From Bacilli bacterium (GTDB lineage Bacteria; Bacillota_I; Bacilli_A; RF39; UBA660): a stretch of DNA of 64,000 nucleotides. Each line of letters opens with the position of its first letter. The stretch's first letter is position 1. Below the pieces are notes generated by a model. That model was not told the origin of the DNA and searched no databases. It saw only the letters and a list, made by a program, of their open reading frames with translations. The position numbers and the translations under genes were made by a program. Positions 37,317-46,008 of this stretch are shown in pieces. Location: NCBI GenBank assembly GCA_051872655.1, contig JBJEEB010000021.1, positions 2,535 through 66,534 of the forward strand. Direction: 5' to 3'.

Positions 37317-38969
37317 TTATTCAAAATAACTTCCTCCTATGAATTCTCTTAGTATTGATGTTTTTGGTACTGATTCACTTGGTATTGGCAAAACAAATCT
37401 CAATAATTCAATTAATCTTTGTGCTGTTTGATATTCTGGATCATCTTCTTTTATTGTAAATAGTAGCGGTTCTGCATATGTTTTTAATACTGACAATTCA
37501 TAAGCAAGGCTTGTATTAAATAAGGCATCAGCATTGTCTTGATATGGAAAAACATGTTTTTCTTCACCACTTCTTACTTTCATCCATGTACCTAATGTTA
37601 CTGACGGAGAATATCCTCTATTCCTATTATCTCTTACCATTCTTCTAAGTAATCTCAAGTCAGTCATGCTTATTCTGTTATCATTATCTATATTTAAGTA
37701 TGTTAGTGGGCTTACATATATTTTGAATTTGTTTTTCTTTGGTATGTTTGTTAATAATTCTTCATTTAATGCATGAAGTCCTTCTATTACTAAAATATCA
37801 TTTTCTTTTAGTTCAACTGTTCTTTTATATTCCTTCTTACCATCTATAAAATTAAATGTTGGTACTGTTACTTTTACTCCTTTTAGTAATTTACTTATTT
37901 GATTATCAAATAATTTTATATCTATTGCTGTAATTGACTCAAAATCTGGCTTTCCATCTTCTCCTAATGGTGTTTCTTTTCTTTCATGAAAATAGTCATC
38001 TAATGATAAGTGGGTTGGATTAAGTCCTAAGCTTTTTAAGTATAATGATAATTTCATAGCGCTAGTAGTTTTACCTGAACTAGAAGGTCCTGATAATAAT
38101 ATTATTTTATAGTTTTCTTTATTTAAAACTATTTCTTCAGCAATATTAAGTAACTTATAATCTTGCATAATTTCGGATAATTGTATTATATCTTCTGGTT
38201 TATTGTTTGTTATAAAATCATTTAGTTCTCCTAGGTTGTTTACATTTAAATTATTTCCCCAATAAGAATACTCTTCAAGGGTATTAAAATAATTGGTATG
38301 ATGGGTATATTTTTTTACTTTTTTATTGTCATAAATTGAAGGATAACGTACTACTATACCTTTACCTTTTATTAGTGATAAATCAAAATATTTAAGTACT
38401 CCCGTTGTATCTGGAAGAGTTCCTATTATATAATTGTAGTTATCTTCTAATTTATATAATGATACATAGTTTGAAGTATCATAAAATAATGTCTTTACTT
38501 TGTCTGTTCTTTTTATACTTTTAAAATATTCAATTGCATCATATTTAGTAGTGTCTATTTTAATAAATGGTATATTTTGAGAAACTAATTCTTTCATTTT
38601 CTTTTTTATTTCTAATATGTTTTTATCTTCTAGTGGTTTATCTATTTTACAAAAAATTCCTTTATCTATGGAATGCTTTATAATTACTTTAGTATCTCTT
38701 CCTAATACAATATTGACAGCATATTCAAATAAGTATAATAATCCTCTTTCATATATTTTATTTCCTTCAGGGGTATTAATATCATAAATTGATAATGTAC
38801 CACTTTTTTTTAATTCTGTTTCTAAATCAACTTTCTTGTTGTTGTATTTCATGAGTATAATGTCTTCTTTTTCCTCTGGCTGTAAGTTATTTAATACTTC
38901 TTTTATTTTTATACCTTTTACATATTCTGTCTTTTTTCCATTATTTAAAGTTACTATTATAGTTTGCAT
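37317..38969 (-). CDS. TGS-domain / uridine-kinase-family nucleoside kinase-like protein
   Basis: ORF track, 550 aa. It has an N-terminal TGS-like beta-grasp and a P-loop LLSGPSSSGKTTSA, with a Udk-like C-terminal half. Confidence 0.6.
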   Translation of the reverse strand: MQTIIVTLNNGKKTEYVKGIKIKEVLNNLQPEEKEDIILMKYNNKKVDLETELKKSGTLSIYDINTPEGNKIYERGLLYLFEYAVNIVLGRDTKVIIKHSIDKGIFCKIDKPLEDKNILEIKKKMKELVSQNIPFIKIDTTKYDAIEYFKSIKRTDKVKTLFYDTSNYVSLYKLEDNYNYIIGTLPDTTGVLKYFDLSLIKGKGIVVRYPSIYDNKKVKKYTHHTNYFNTLEEYSYWGNNLNVNNLGELNDFITNNKPEDIIQLSEIMQDYKLLNIAEEIVLNKENYKIILLSGPSSSGKTTSAMKLSLYLKSLGLNPTHLSLDDYFHERKETPLGEDGKPDFESITAIDIKLFDNQISKLLKGVKVTVPTFNFIDGKKEYKRTVELKENDILVIEGLHALNEELLTNIPKKNKFKIYVSPLTYLNIDNDNRISMTDLRLLRRMVRDNRNRGYSPSVTLGTWMKVRSGEEKHVFPYQDNADALFNTSLAYELSVLKTYAEPLLFTIKEDDPEYQTAQRLIELLRFVLPIPSESVPKTSILREFIGGSYFE

Positions 38970-39082
38970 GTACTTCCTCCTCTACTTTATAATTTAATTA
39001 TACCATATAATGTGAATTTTTTGTCATACTTTTTTTGGTATATTAAACTTCATTATATATTATACTATTTGTAGGTGATAAA

Positions 39083-39664
39083 ATGAATCTAATACCAACT
39101 ATAATTGAAAAAAATGAAATGGGAGAGAGAGCTTATGATATATATTCTAGGCTACTTAAAGATAGAATTATTATACTTAATGGTGAAATTACTGATAATA
39201 GTTCTAATACCGTTGTAGCAGAACTTTTATATTTGGATAGTATAAGTAATGATGATATTAGTTTGTATATTAATTCTCCTGGTGGTAGTATTACCGCGGG
39301 AATGGCTATATATGATACTATGAACTTTGTGAAAAGCAATGTATCCACAATATGTGTTGGAATGGCAGCATCAATGGCGGCTTTTATATTGTCTTCTGGG
39401 GAAAAAGGTAAGAGATATATTTTACCTAATGCCGAAGTAATGATTCATCAGCCTCTTGGTGGAGCACAAGGACAAGCAACAGAAATTAAAATTGCCGCTG
39501 AAAGAATATTAAAATTGAAGAAGAAACTTAATAAAATATTATCTGATAACACAGGCAAAGATATTGATACTATTGATAATGATACTGAACGAGATTATTT
39601 TATGGATAGTAATGAAGCTCTTAATTATGGAATTGTTGATAAAATATTAAAAAAAGCTAGTTGA
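39083..39664 (+). CDS. clpP: ATP-dependent Clp protease proteolytic subunit
   Basis: ORF track, 193 aa. Motifs are [24 protein letters not shown] (Ser), MIHQP (His) and RDYFM (Asp). Confidence 0.96.
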   Translation: MNLIPTIIEKNEMGERAYDIYSRLLKDRIIILNGEITDNSSNTVVAELLYLDSISNDDISLYINSPGGSITAGMAIYDTMNFVKSNVSTICVGMAASMAAFILSSGEKGKRYILPNAEVMIHQPLGGAQGQATEIKIAAERILKLKKKLNKILSDNTGKDIDTIDNDTERDYFMDSNEALNYGIVDKILKKAS

Positions 39665-39674
39665 TGCTAGCTTT

Positions 39675-40805
39675 TTATTGTACTTTTGTATTTCCTGTTC
39701 TAGTGTATCCATCTACAGATGTTTCAGTAGACCAAATTATATCTCTATTTTTTTGAACATATCTATAATAAGTAATTGTTTCATAATTTCCTTCGGGTTT
39801 GGTAGTTAATATTTTACCAGAATCAAATTTAACAGTAATTTTTATTGGTACTAAATATGTATCTTTATTAGATTTAATATTATCTAATGACTTAATATTT
39901 AGTTTTACATTTATATAGAAATTACCTTTATAATAATATGGTGATAGTTTATAAGTAAAATTATTTTCTGTTAATGCATATTTGGAAATATTTTCTATAT
40001 CTATACTATTATTTTTATTCATTGATATATTCTTATCATTTATAAATTCTTCTTCACCATTATAATATGTAGAATCTTTAATTGTAGTAAAATAATAACT
40101 ACTATTTGGTACTTTATTTAATTTTAATGTGTATTCTACAATATTATTTTTTATATCTTTTTTATTTATTAATCCAAGTGAATAATATGTCATTTCATTA
40201 GTACCATAATATTCATATTTATTTTCTATATTTTCACCTGTTTTATTACCTTTCATCCACTTTGTATAAGTAGTTGTTTCTTTAACATACTCATAATAAG
40301 TAACACCTGTACTTATATTATCACTGTTATTATTATTATCTTTATTAACATTTTCACTATTATCTTTGTTTTGATTGTTATTATTAATATTGCAATTTTT
40401 ACAATCTTTTAAATCAAATTTTCTAGTAATTGTATTTTTTTCTTTTCCACATTCTAAATATGTTTCTACTTCATAGTTATCTTTTTTTCTTATAATTTTT
40501 GAATAACTATTTTTAGTATTACATTTTTCTCCATCTTTACTTGATACTGATATTATTAACTCTTTTTCTATCATTTCTCCAAGTGTTATTTTAATGCTTT
40601 TTCCTTTTTCTGTAGGTAAGTCTACACTTTTAAAATATTTAATTGCTACAGTTTCCATGTTGTTAATATTATTTTTGAATGTATCTGATAATTTATTTCT
40701 ATTTATTAATTTTGATACAAGCCACACAATTATTAATATAAATGCAAATGCTATTACTATTTTTATAAATAAACTTAACCAATTTATTTTTCTTTCATCT
40801 TCCAT
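39675..40805 (-). CDS. Hypothetical membrane-anchored Asn-rich protein
   Basis: ORF track, 376 aa, with an N-terminal TM helix, a poly-Asn linker and a beta-rich C-terminal part. No family recognised. Confidence 0.55.
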   Translation of the reverse strand: MEDERKINWLSLFIKIVIAFAFILIIVWLVSKLINRNKLSDTFKNNINNMETVAIKYFKSVDLPTEKGKSIKITLGEMIEKELIISVSSKDGEKCNTKNSYSKIIRKKDNYEVETYLECGKEKNTITRKFDLKDCKNCNINNNNQNKDNSENVNKDNNNNSDNISTGVTYYEYVKETTTYTKWMKGNKTGENIENKYEYYGTNEMTYYSLGLINKKDIKNNIVEYTLKLNKVPNSSYYFTTIKDSTYYNGEEEFINDKNISMNKNNSIDIENISKYALTENNFTYKLSPYYYKGNFYINVKLNIKSLDNIKSNKDTYLVPIKITVKFDSGKILTTKPEGNYETITYYRYVQKNRDIIWSTETSVDGYTRTGNTKVQ

Positions 40806-40828
40806 AATCTAAAACCTCCATCTTGGAA

Positions 40829-40948
40829 TTATATTGCTTCAATGAATAATATAATTAAAAATATTATTATAAGAATAATTATAAGTATTATTTGTCTTGT
40901 TAATGTGTTTATTTCTTTTACTAATTTAATAATCTTATTTGAGAGCAT
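40829..40948 (-). CDS. Possible 39-aa single-TM peptide
   Basis: Minus-strand translation is MLSNKIIKLVKEINTLTRQIILIIILIIIFLIILFIEAI. It has a weak RBS (GGGAAG) and ends 23 nt before the start of the 376-aa gene. It is below the ORF-track threshold. Confidence 0.25.
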   Translation of the reverse strand: MLSNKIIKLVKEINTLTRQIILIIILIIIFLIILFIEAI

Positions 40949-40993
40949 ACAATAACTTCCCTAAAATTGCCTATTATTATAGCATACGACTAG

Positions 40994-41257
40994 TTAGTTG
41001 TCAATATTTAAATGTACTATTGTACAGCCATCATTTAATCCATCAGTATAATATTTTTCTACTTCTTTTCTTTTTGATAGTGTTTCATGAACTGATAACT
41101 TTACTAGTCCTTTTCCTTTTCCATGTATTATTAATATTTTTTTGTTTTTTAATATTATATTATCATTAATAAAGTCATTTGTTGCTACTCTAGCAGTTTC
41201 TATGTCATAGCCATGTAGATCAATAAATGGTAGTTTTTTTAAAAATATATCTTCCAT
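40994..41257 (-). CDS. Smr (small MutS-related) domain protein
   Basis: ORF track, 87 aa, containing DLHGYDIETA ... LIIHGKGKGLVK. Confidence 0.75.
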   Translation of the reverse strand: MEDIFLKKLPFIDLHGYDIETARVATNDFINDNIILKNKKILIIHGKGKGLVKLSVHETLSKRKEVEKYYTDGLNDGCTIVHLNIDN

Positions 41258-41316
41258 ACTTTTCTCCTTTAGATATATATTATACCAAATATTATTTATT
41301 TATTAAAGTAAAAAGA

Positions 41317-42555
41317 TTACTCTTTTGGTAATCTTATTGTTACTTTTGTTCCTACTCCTTCTTTAGATGAATATAAAAGTTCACCATCATGTGCTTTTAT
41401 TATTTCGTTTGATAATGCCACTCCTAATCCACTACCATCTTTTTTAGTTGTATAAAACATTTCTTTTACTCGATTTAGTGTCTCTTCATTCATTCCTATA
41501 CCATCATCTTCTACTATTATATCAATATATTTTTTATAAATATTGCTTGATATTTCTATTTTTCCTTTTTCTTCAATTGATTCTACACTATTTTTTAATA
41601 TATTTATTAAAACTTGCTTTAATCTTTCATAATCTCCCAAAAAATATATTTCTTCATCTTCTCTATCATTATATATTAGTTTAATATTTTTTGTGTTTAG
41701 AATAATTTTAAATGAATCATAAACATCTTCTAGTAAGAGATTTAAATCTATTTCTGTTTTCACTATTTTTATTTTATTGAATTCTAAAAAGTCAGTAATG
41801 ATATTTAAACTACGATTTGCTTCTTCCCTCATAATACTTAGATATTTTAATGATTTTTCCTTATTATCAATATTAAACATATCTAAATATCCTTTTATTA
41901 CTGCTAGTGGATTTTTTATTTCATGAGTTAATTTGAATAATGATTCTTTTATTATTTTATCTTTTTCTAGTAATTCTATTGATTTATTTAATTCTCTTAC
42001 TTTTTCTATTATTTTGAATATGTATAATATTGTAAATGAAATAAAATAATAAATAAAAACTAAAATTATTAATTCAAGGAAACTATGTAATGTCAAATCT
42101 AAATCTTTAAAGAAATATTCAAATGATAAAAAGAAACCTTGAAGAACTGCTATTGAAAGAATAAAACTTTCAGTACTTAATTTTCTTTTTCTTGCACAAA
42201 CATATAGTATAAAATACGTTAAATATTTTATTGTAACTATTAAATATATATTCTTATATATAAAGAAGCAATAACAAATGTTTATTAGCGCAAGAAATAT
42301 TCCTAGTATTGTTTTCTTTTTCATCAGTGCTATTACTATTGGTATATTACAGAATAATAATATTTTACTATTTCCGTCTACAATTCCAAATTTTAGGCAT
42401 AAATATAGCGATGTTATTAGAGATATACTTAGTAATAAATTATTATAATTCTTACTTATATTATTATTGTAACATACTAATACTAAATATACTAGTATTG
42501 GAAAAACTATTAATAATGTGTTTAAAATTATATTTTCGAAAATTTCTATATTCAT
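41317..42555 (-). CDS. Orphan membrane sensor histidine kinase (candidate sporulation kinase)
   Basis: ORF track, 412 aa, about 6 TM helices. It has an H-box LTHEIKNPL, an N-box LKNSVES, G1 EDDGIGM and G2 GSGLGVAL. There is no response-regulator gene next to it, and it has its own promoter and RBS. Confidence 0.8.
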   Translation of the reverse strand: MNIEIFENIILNTLLIVFPILVYLVLVCYNNNISKNYNNLLLSISLITSLYLCLKFGIVDGNSKILLFCNIPIVIALMKKKTILGIFLALINICYCFFIYKNIYLIVTIKYLTYFILYVCARKRKLSTESFILSIAVLQGFFLSFEYFFKDLDLTLHSFLELIILVFIYYFISFTILYIFKIIEKVRELNKSIELLEKDKIIKESLFKLTHEIKNPLAVIKGYLDMFNIDNKEKSLKYLSIMREEANRSLNIITDFLEFNKIKIVKTEIDLNLLLEDVYDSFKIILNTKNIKLIYNDREDEEIYFLGDYERLKQVLINILKNSVESIEEKGKIEISSNIYKKYIDIIVEDDGIGMNEETLNRVKEMFYTTKKDGSGLGVALSNEIIKAHDGELLYSSKEGVGTKVTIRLPKE

Positions 42556-42579
42556 AATATCCTTCTTTCTCTTAAAGAT

Positions 42580-42613
42580 ATTATATATTTTATTTTTGTC
42601 GAATTTTGTCGAA
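42580..42613 (-). promoter_or_regulatory. Promoter of the orphan kinase with two tandem perfect Spo0A boxes
   Basis: The plus strand carries TGTCGAA at 42597-42603 and 42607-42613 (10-bp register). A minus-strand TATAAT lies at 42580-42585, 11 nt from the proximal box, so the boxes overlap the -35 region. Confidence 0.55.
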
Positions 42614-42620
42614 TAATGTC

Positions 42621-42658
42621 AAAAAAAAGAGCTTTTTGTAATTTTTTGCTCTTTTTTA
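42621..42658 (-). terminator. Rho-independent terminator of the EIIB-like gene
   Basis: The minus strand reads AAAAAGAGC-aaaaaattacaaaaa-GCTCTTTTTTTT. Confidence 0.65.
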
Positions 42659-42970
42659 TCTTAATTCATCAATATATTTCTTTATTTTTTTGGCATCATT
42701 TCCTAAAATTATTTTTAATTGGTCATCTATCTCTACAACGCCTTTAGCTCCTAGTTTAATAATTCCTTCTTTATTTGCTTTAGTTATGTCTTTTAATGTA
42801 ACTTTAAATCTAGACATATCAACTTCAGTATCTAAAATATTATCTTTTCCTCCAAGTAATTCTACTAGTTTATTAAATTCTAGTTTAACATCTTTTTTAT
42901 TCATTTTTATTATGGCAAATGCTATTATTAATAAAACTACTACAATTATTATATATTGGTATAATTCCAT
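42656..42970 (-). CDS. Membrane-anchored PTS EIIB(Glc)-like domain protein lacking the phospho-cysteine
   Basis: ORF track, 104 aa. It has an N-terminal TM helix followed by LVELLGGKDNILDTEVDMSRFKVTLKD. This aligns with the EIIB motif GGxxNI...HCxTRLR, but Cys and Arg are replaced by DMSRFK. Confidence 0.45.
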   Translation of the reverse strand: MELYQYIIIVVVLLIIAFAIIKMNKKDVKLEFNKLVELLGGKDNILDTEVDMSRFKVTLKDITKANKEGIIKLGAKGVVEIDDQLKIILGNDAKKIKKYIDELR

Positions 42971-43181
42971 TTATCTTTCCACCTCTAGTATATTATACTA
43001 TTTTTTTTTATTTATAACAAGTATTATTCTTCTTTAATCTAATTAAATTTTATTATCATATTATATTATTTTTGTTAATTAATTGTTAACAAATGTGCCT
43101 ACTTTTTGTATTTAAAATGGTGTATATACCTGTGCAATTTGTTTTTTTTAGTCGAATGTTATAATTAAATCGTGATAAGGT

Positions 43182-43790
43182 ATGAGAAAGAAGTTTTTAA
43201 ATATTACTATGGATTCTATTAAAAAAAAATATCCTAAGTATAATAATGATAAACTTGAAATTATCGCTTATGGTCTTGAATCTTTATATATAATGTTTAC
43301 TAAAACTCTTGTCATTTCTTTATTAGCTTTATTGGTAGGAGTATTTAAGGAAATGTTAATAATTCTTGTACTATATAACATTATTAGAACTACAGCATTT
43401 GGTATGCATGCTAAAGAAAGTTGGCAATGTTATGTAATATCAATTATACTTTTTATAGGTGGAGCACTTCTTTTTAAATATATTGATATTAATTTTTATG
43501 TTAAATTTGCTATAGGTGCTATTTCTTATATATTTTTAGTTATCTATGCACCTGCGGATACTTATAAGAGACCTCTGGTAAATGCTAGAAAAAGAAAAAT
43601 TTATAAAATTATTACGATGATTAATAGTAGCATATATTTAGTATTAATATTTGTTTTAAGGAAAAGCAATATTAGTACTGCACTAAGTTTGGGGCTTTTG
43701 GATTCTATGTTGATGATCCATCCGCTAACTTATAGGATGTTTCATTTACCATATAATAATTATAAAACTTACAATGAGTCTTATAATTAA
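43182..43790 (+). CDS. agrB: AgrB-type autoinducing-peptide processing protease
   Basis: ORF track, 202 aa, polytopic. The catalytic His/Cys context FGMHAKESWQC is present, and a precursor peptide gene follows immediately. Confidence 0.8.
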   Translation: MRKKFLNITMDSIKKKYPKYNNDKLEIIAYGLESLYIMFTKTLVISLLALLVGVFKEMLIILVLYNIIRTTAFGMHAKESWQCYVISIILFIGGALLFKYIDINFYVKFAIGAISYIFLVIYAPADTYKRPLVNARKRKIYKIITMINSSIYLVLIFVLRKSNISTALSLGLLDSMLMIHPLTYRMFHLPYNNYKTYNESYN

Positions 43791-43822
43791 TATGGAAAAG
43801 TAGGAAAAGGAGGTATAGTACT

Positions 43823-43936
43823 ATGTTTGCTTCATTTTTATCTTGGGTTGGCTCTTTAGCAGCTTCAACTGGTTCTAAAGCTTGCTGGATATGGTTTATT
43901 GATGAACCTAAAATGCCTAAATCTTTAATTAAATAA
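43823..43936 (+). CDS. agrD: AgrD-type autoinducing peptide precursor (37 aa)
   Basis: Not in the ORF track. RBS AAAAGGAGG sits 7 nt upstream. Translation is MFASFLSWVGSLAASTGSKACWIWFIDEPKMPKSLIK: an amphipathic leader, a Cys-containing core, and an acidic DEPxxP recognition tail as in AgrD (compare Listeria SKACFMFVYEPKSP). Confidence 0.8.
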   Translation: MFASFLSWVGSLAASTGSKACWIWFIDEPKMPKSLIK

Positions 43937-43976
43937 TTTTTTAACATTAAAGACTACTTTTAATAAGTAGCCTCTT

Positions 43977-45287
43977 TTATTTACTATTATTTTTTATTTT
44001 TAAACTTTGAATATAGATATTACCTTTTATTTCATTTTTAGCTTCAAATATTTTATTTTCACCTAATATTTTACTAACAAGTAATAATCCATGACCTCTA
44101 TCTTTACCTTTAGTACTAAATGACTCTTTTCCAATTTTATCTAAGTTAACATCATTATTAAATGTATTAGTAATAATGATTTCTATTTTATCTTTAATTA
44201 AATATATTTCTATACCTAATTTTTTATCTAGTGAAGTATAACTAGCTTCAATTGCATTATCTAGGTATACACCAATGATTCTAACTAAATTTTTAAAATT
44301 TTTAGTATCTATATCTTTAAGAAATGAATTTTCAATTTGTTTTGAAATATTTACTGATACATTTATTCCTTTTTTCTCTGCTTCAATAAATTTGTAATAA
44401 AAGAATCCTTTTAAACCATTTGATGGTAAATATTTAAACTTTGAATATTTAGTTGTATTACTACTTCCTTTATCACCAATGACACTATCTATGTATTTAA
44501 TAATAGACTCTTCATCTTCTTTATCTTGAATCTTGCATTTAATCGTTGCAAATTCATTTTTAGTCTCATGCCTTAATGTTCTTTGTTCTTCAATATCATT
44601 CTCATAGCTTTTCATTACATCTAGAAGCTCATCATACTTTTTAGAAATTTTTTCATTTTCTATTTTTTGTCTAAATAAATATATTAATATACAAATTAAC
44701 ATCGCAATAATTGCTAAATATGCTATTATATTATTATTAAATTGGAATGTTTTAATTAAATTATAAAATAATATTGCTAACATAACTAATGTCAACGCTG
44801 ACATTGTTATAATTTTCTTATTTGTTGATATATTATAATTTATTAATTTCTTTAATGGCTTTTTTATTATAGTTGCCATTAATATCATTACTACGCATAT
44901 AAATATGTTTCCTAATACACTTCCTGCAAAGGTCGTATATATTGTCTCTTTACTTACACCAAATATATAAATTGCTCCACCTAAAGTTATTAAATCTGGT
45001 ATAACAGATATTATAACATAAACTATTGATGTAAATATTGCCTTGCTAAATTTAATATCAAAAATAAGATATAATAATGATGCATATAGTAAACAAGTAG
45101 TTATTGTTTTTAGTGTACCTTTGGTATATTTAAATACTAAGATATTTATGATTATGAAACCTATAAGTATTAATACTTCTATTAATGTATTTTTTTGTTT
45201 TCTATCAACTATTACTATTCTTCCAAATATATATAATGTTAAAATTAGTAACGTACTACTTAATAGTAGTTTAAAAATCTCCAACAA
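43977..45287 (-). CDS. agrC: AgrC-like (HPK10) membrane histidine kinase
   Basis: ORF track, 436 aa, 6-7 TM helices. It has an H-box LRHETKNEF and a GHKL-type C-terminus (LDNAIEAS, GKDRGHGL). It pairs with the LytTR regulator. Confidence 0.7.
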   Translation of the reverse strand: MLEIFKLLLSSTLLILTLYIFGRIVIVDRKQKNTLIEVLILIGFIIINILVFKYTKGTLKTITTCLLYASLLYLIFDIKFSKAIFTSIVYVIISVIPDLITLGGAIYIFGVSKETIYTTFAGSVLGNIFICVVMILMATIIKKPLKKLINYNISTNKKIITMSALTLVMLAILFYNLIKTFQFNNNIIAYLAIIAMLICILIYLFRQKIENEKISKKYDELLDVMKSYENDIEEQRTLRHETKNEFATIKCKIQDKEDEESIIKYIDSVIGDKGSSNTTKYSKFKYLPSNGLKGFFYYKFIEAEKKGINVSVNISKQIENSFLKDIDTKNFKNLVRIIGVYLDNAIEASYTSLDKKLGIEIYLIKDKIEIIITNTFNNDVNLDKIGKESFSTKGKDRGHGLLLVSKILGENKIFEAKNEIKGNIYIQSLKIKNNSK

Positions 45288-46002
45288 TTTTCTTCAACTC
45301 CTTTCTAGCAGAAGGAGCTACTAGTGTTGTTTTATCTCCATTTTTAAAATATATTGTATAATTAGCATAATCTATTTGTCTAATATTATCTAAATTTACT
45401 AGACATGATTTATGTGTTTGAAAAAATGTTGGTTTTAATTTACTTCTTAGTCTTACTATAGATGTTGTTATGAATTTTTGCTCACCATTTACTTCATGAA
45501 TTATACATTTATTTTGTGATGGTGCTTTTTCAATATAATTTATTTCTTTATATCTAAGTTTAGTATATACATAATTATATGTAAAACTTAATACCTTATT
45601 TTTGTATAATTTATCTATTACATACTCAATTGTATCTGCAAGTCTTTCTTCATATCTGTTATATTTTGATATAAAATCTATAGCTCCTAATCTTGAATAA
45701 AATATGTCATTTTTACATTCAGAATGGGCTGTAACAAATATTATTATACTGTCATCATCATTTTCTCTTATTTCTGATGCTATTTCTAATCCACTTACTA
45801 TTGGTAACTCTATATCTAAAATGTATATTTTTATATCATTATCATCATTCATTACTTTTTTAAATTCTTTATCATATTTATTAAATTTTAATATTTTATA
45901 CTCTATATCATACTTCATCATTGTTTTTACTACATATTTGCTGGCTGTTTCTAAAGCTTCATTACTATCTTCACAAATTACAAATTTAATCATTTCTTTC
46001 AC
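45271..46002 (-). CDS. agrA: AgrA-like LytTR-family response regulator
   Basis: ORF track, 243 aa. It has a receiver domain (ICEDS, ILDIELP) and a C-terminal LytTR domain (FFQTHKSCLVNLDNI). It overlaps the kinase gene by 17 nt. Confidence 0.75.
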   Translation of the reverse strand: MKEMIKFVICEDSNEALETASKYVVKTMMKYDIEYKILKFNKYDKEFKKVMNDDNDIKIYILDIELPIVSGLEIASEIRENDDDSIIIFVTAHSECKNDIFYSRLGAIDFISKYNRYEERLADTIEYVIDKLYKNKVLSFTYNYVYTKLRYKEINYIEKAPSQNKCIIHEVNGEQKFITTSIVRLRSKLKPTFFQTHKSCLVNLDNIRQIDYANYTIYFKNGDKTTLVAPSARKELKKIVGDF

Positions 46003-46008
46003 TTCTTT

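Noticed and set aside
39018-39045. A possible CtsR operator (tandem GGTCAAA heptads) in the clpP upstream region (TTTGTCATACTTTTTTTGGTATA).
   Set aside because: Each candidate heptad has 2-3 mismatches to the TTTGACC/GGTCAAA consensus, and the spacing does not match the direct-repeat operator.
43150-43156. A Spo0A-like box, AGTCGAA, abutting the agrB -10 region.
   Set aside because: It is a single copy with a mismatch at the first conserved position of TGNCGAA, and 7-mers of this kind arise by chance. It is mentioned only as context in the agr finding.
43705-43947. An 80-aa minus-strand ORF overlapping the agrB 3' end and the whole agrD region.
   Set aside because: It is antisense to a much better supported AgrD precursor that has a strong RBS, a DEP tail and the right position after agrB. 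It has no RBS and no recognisable features.
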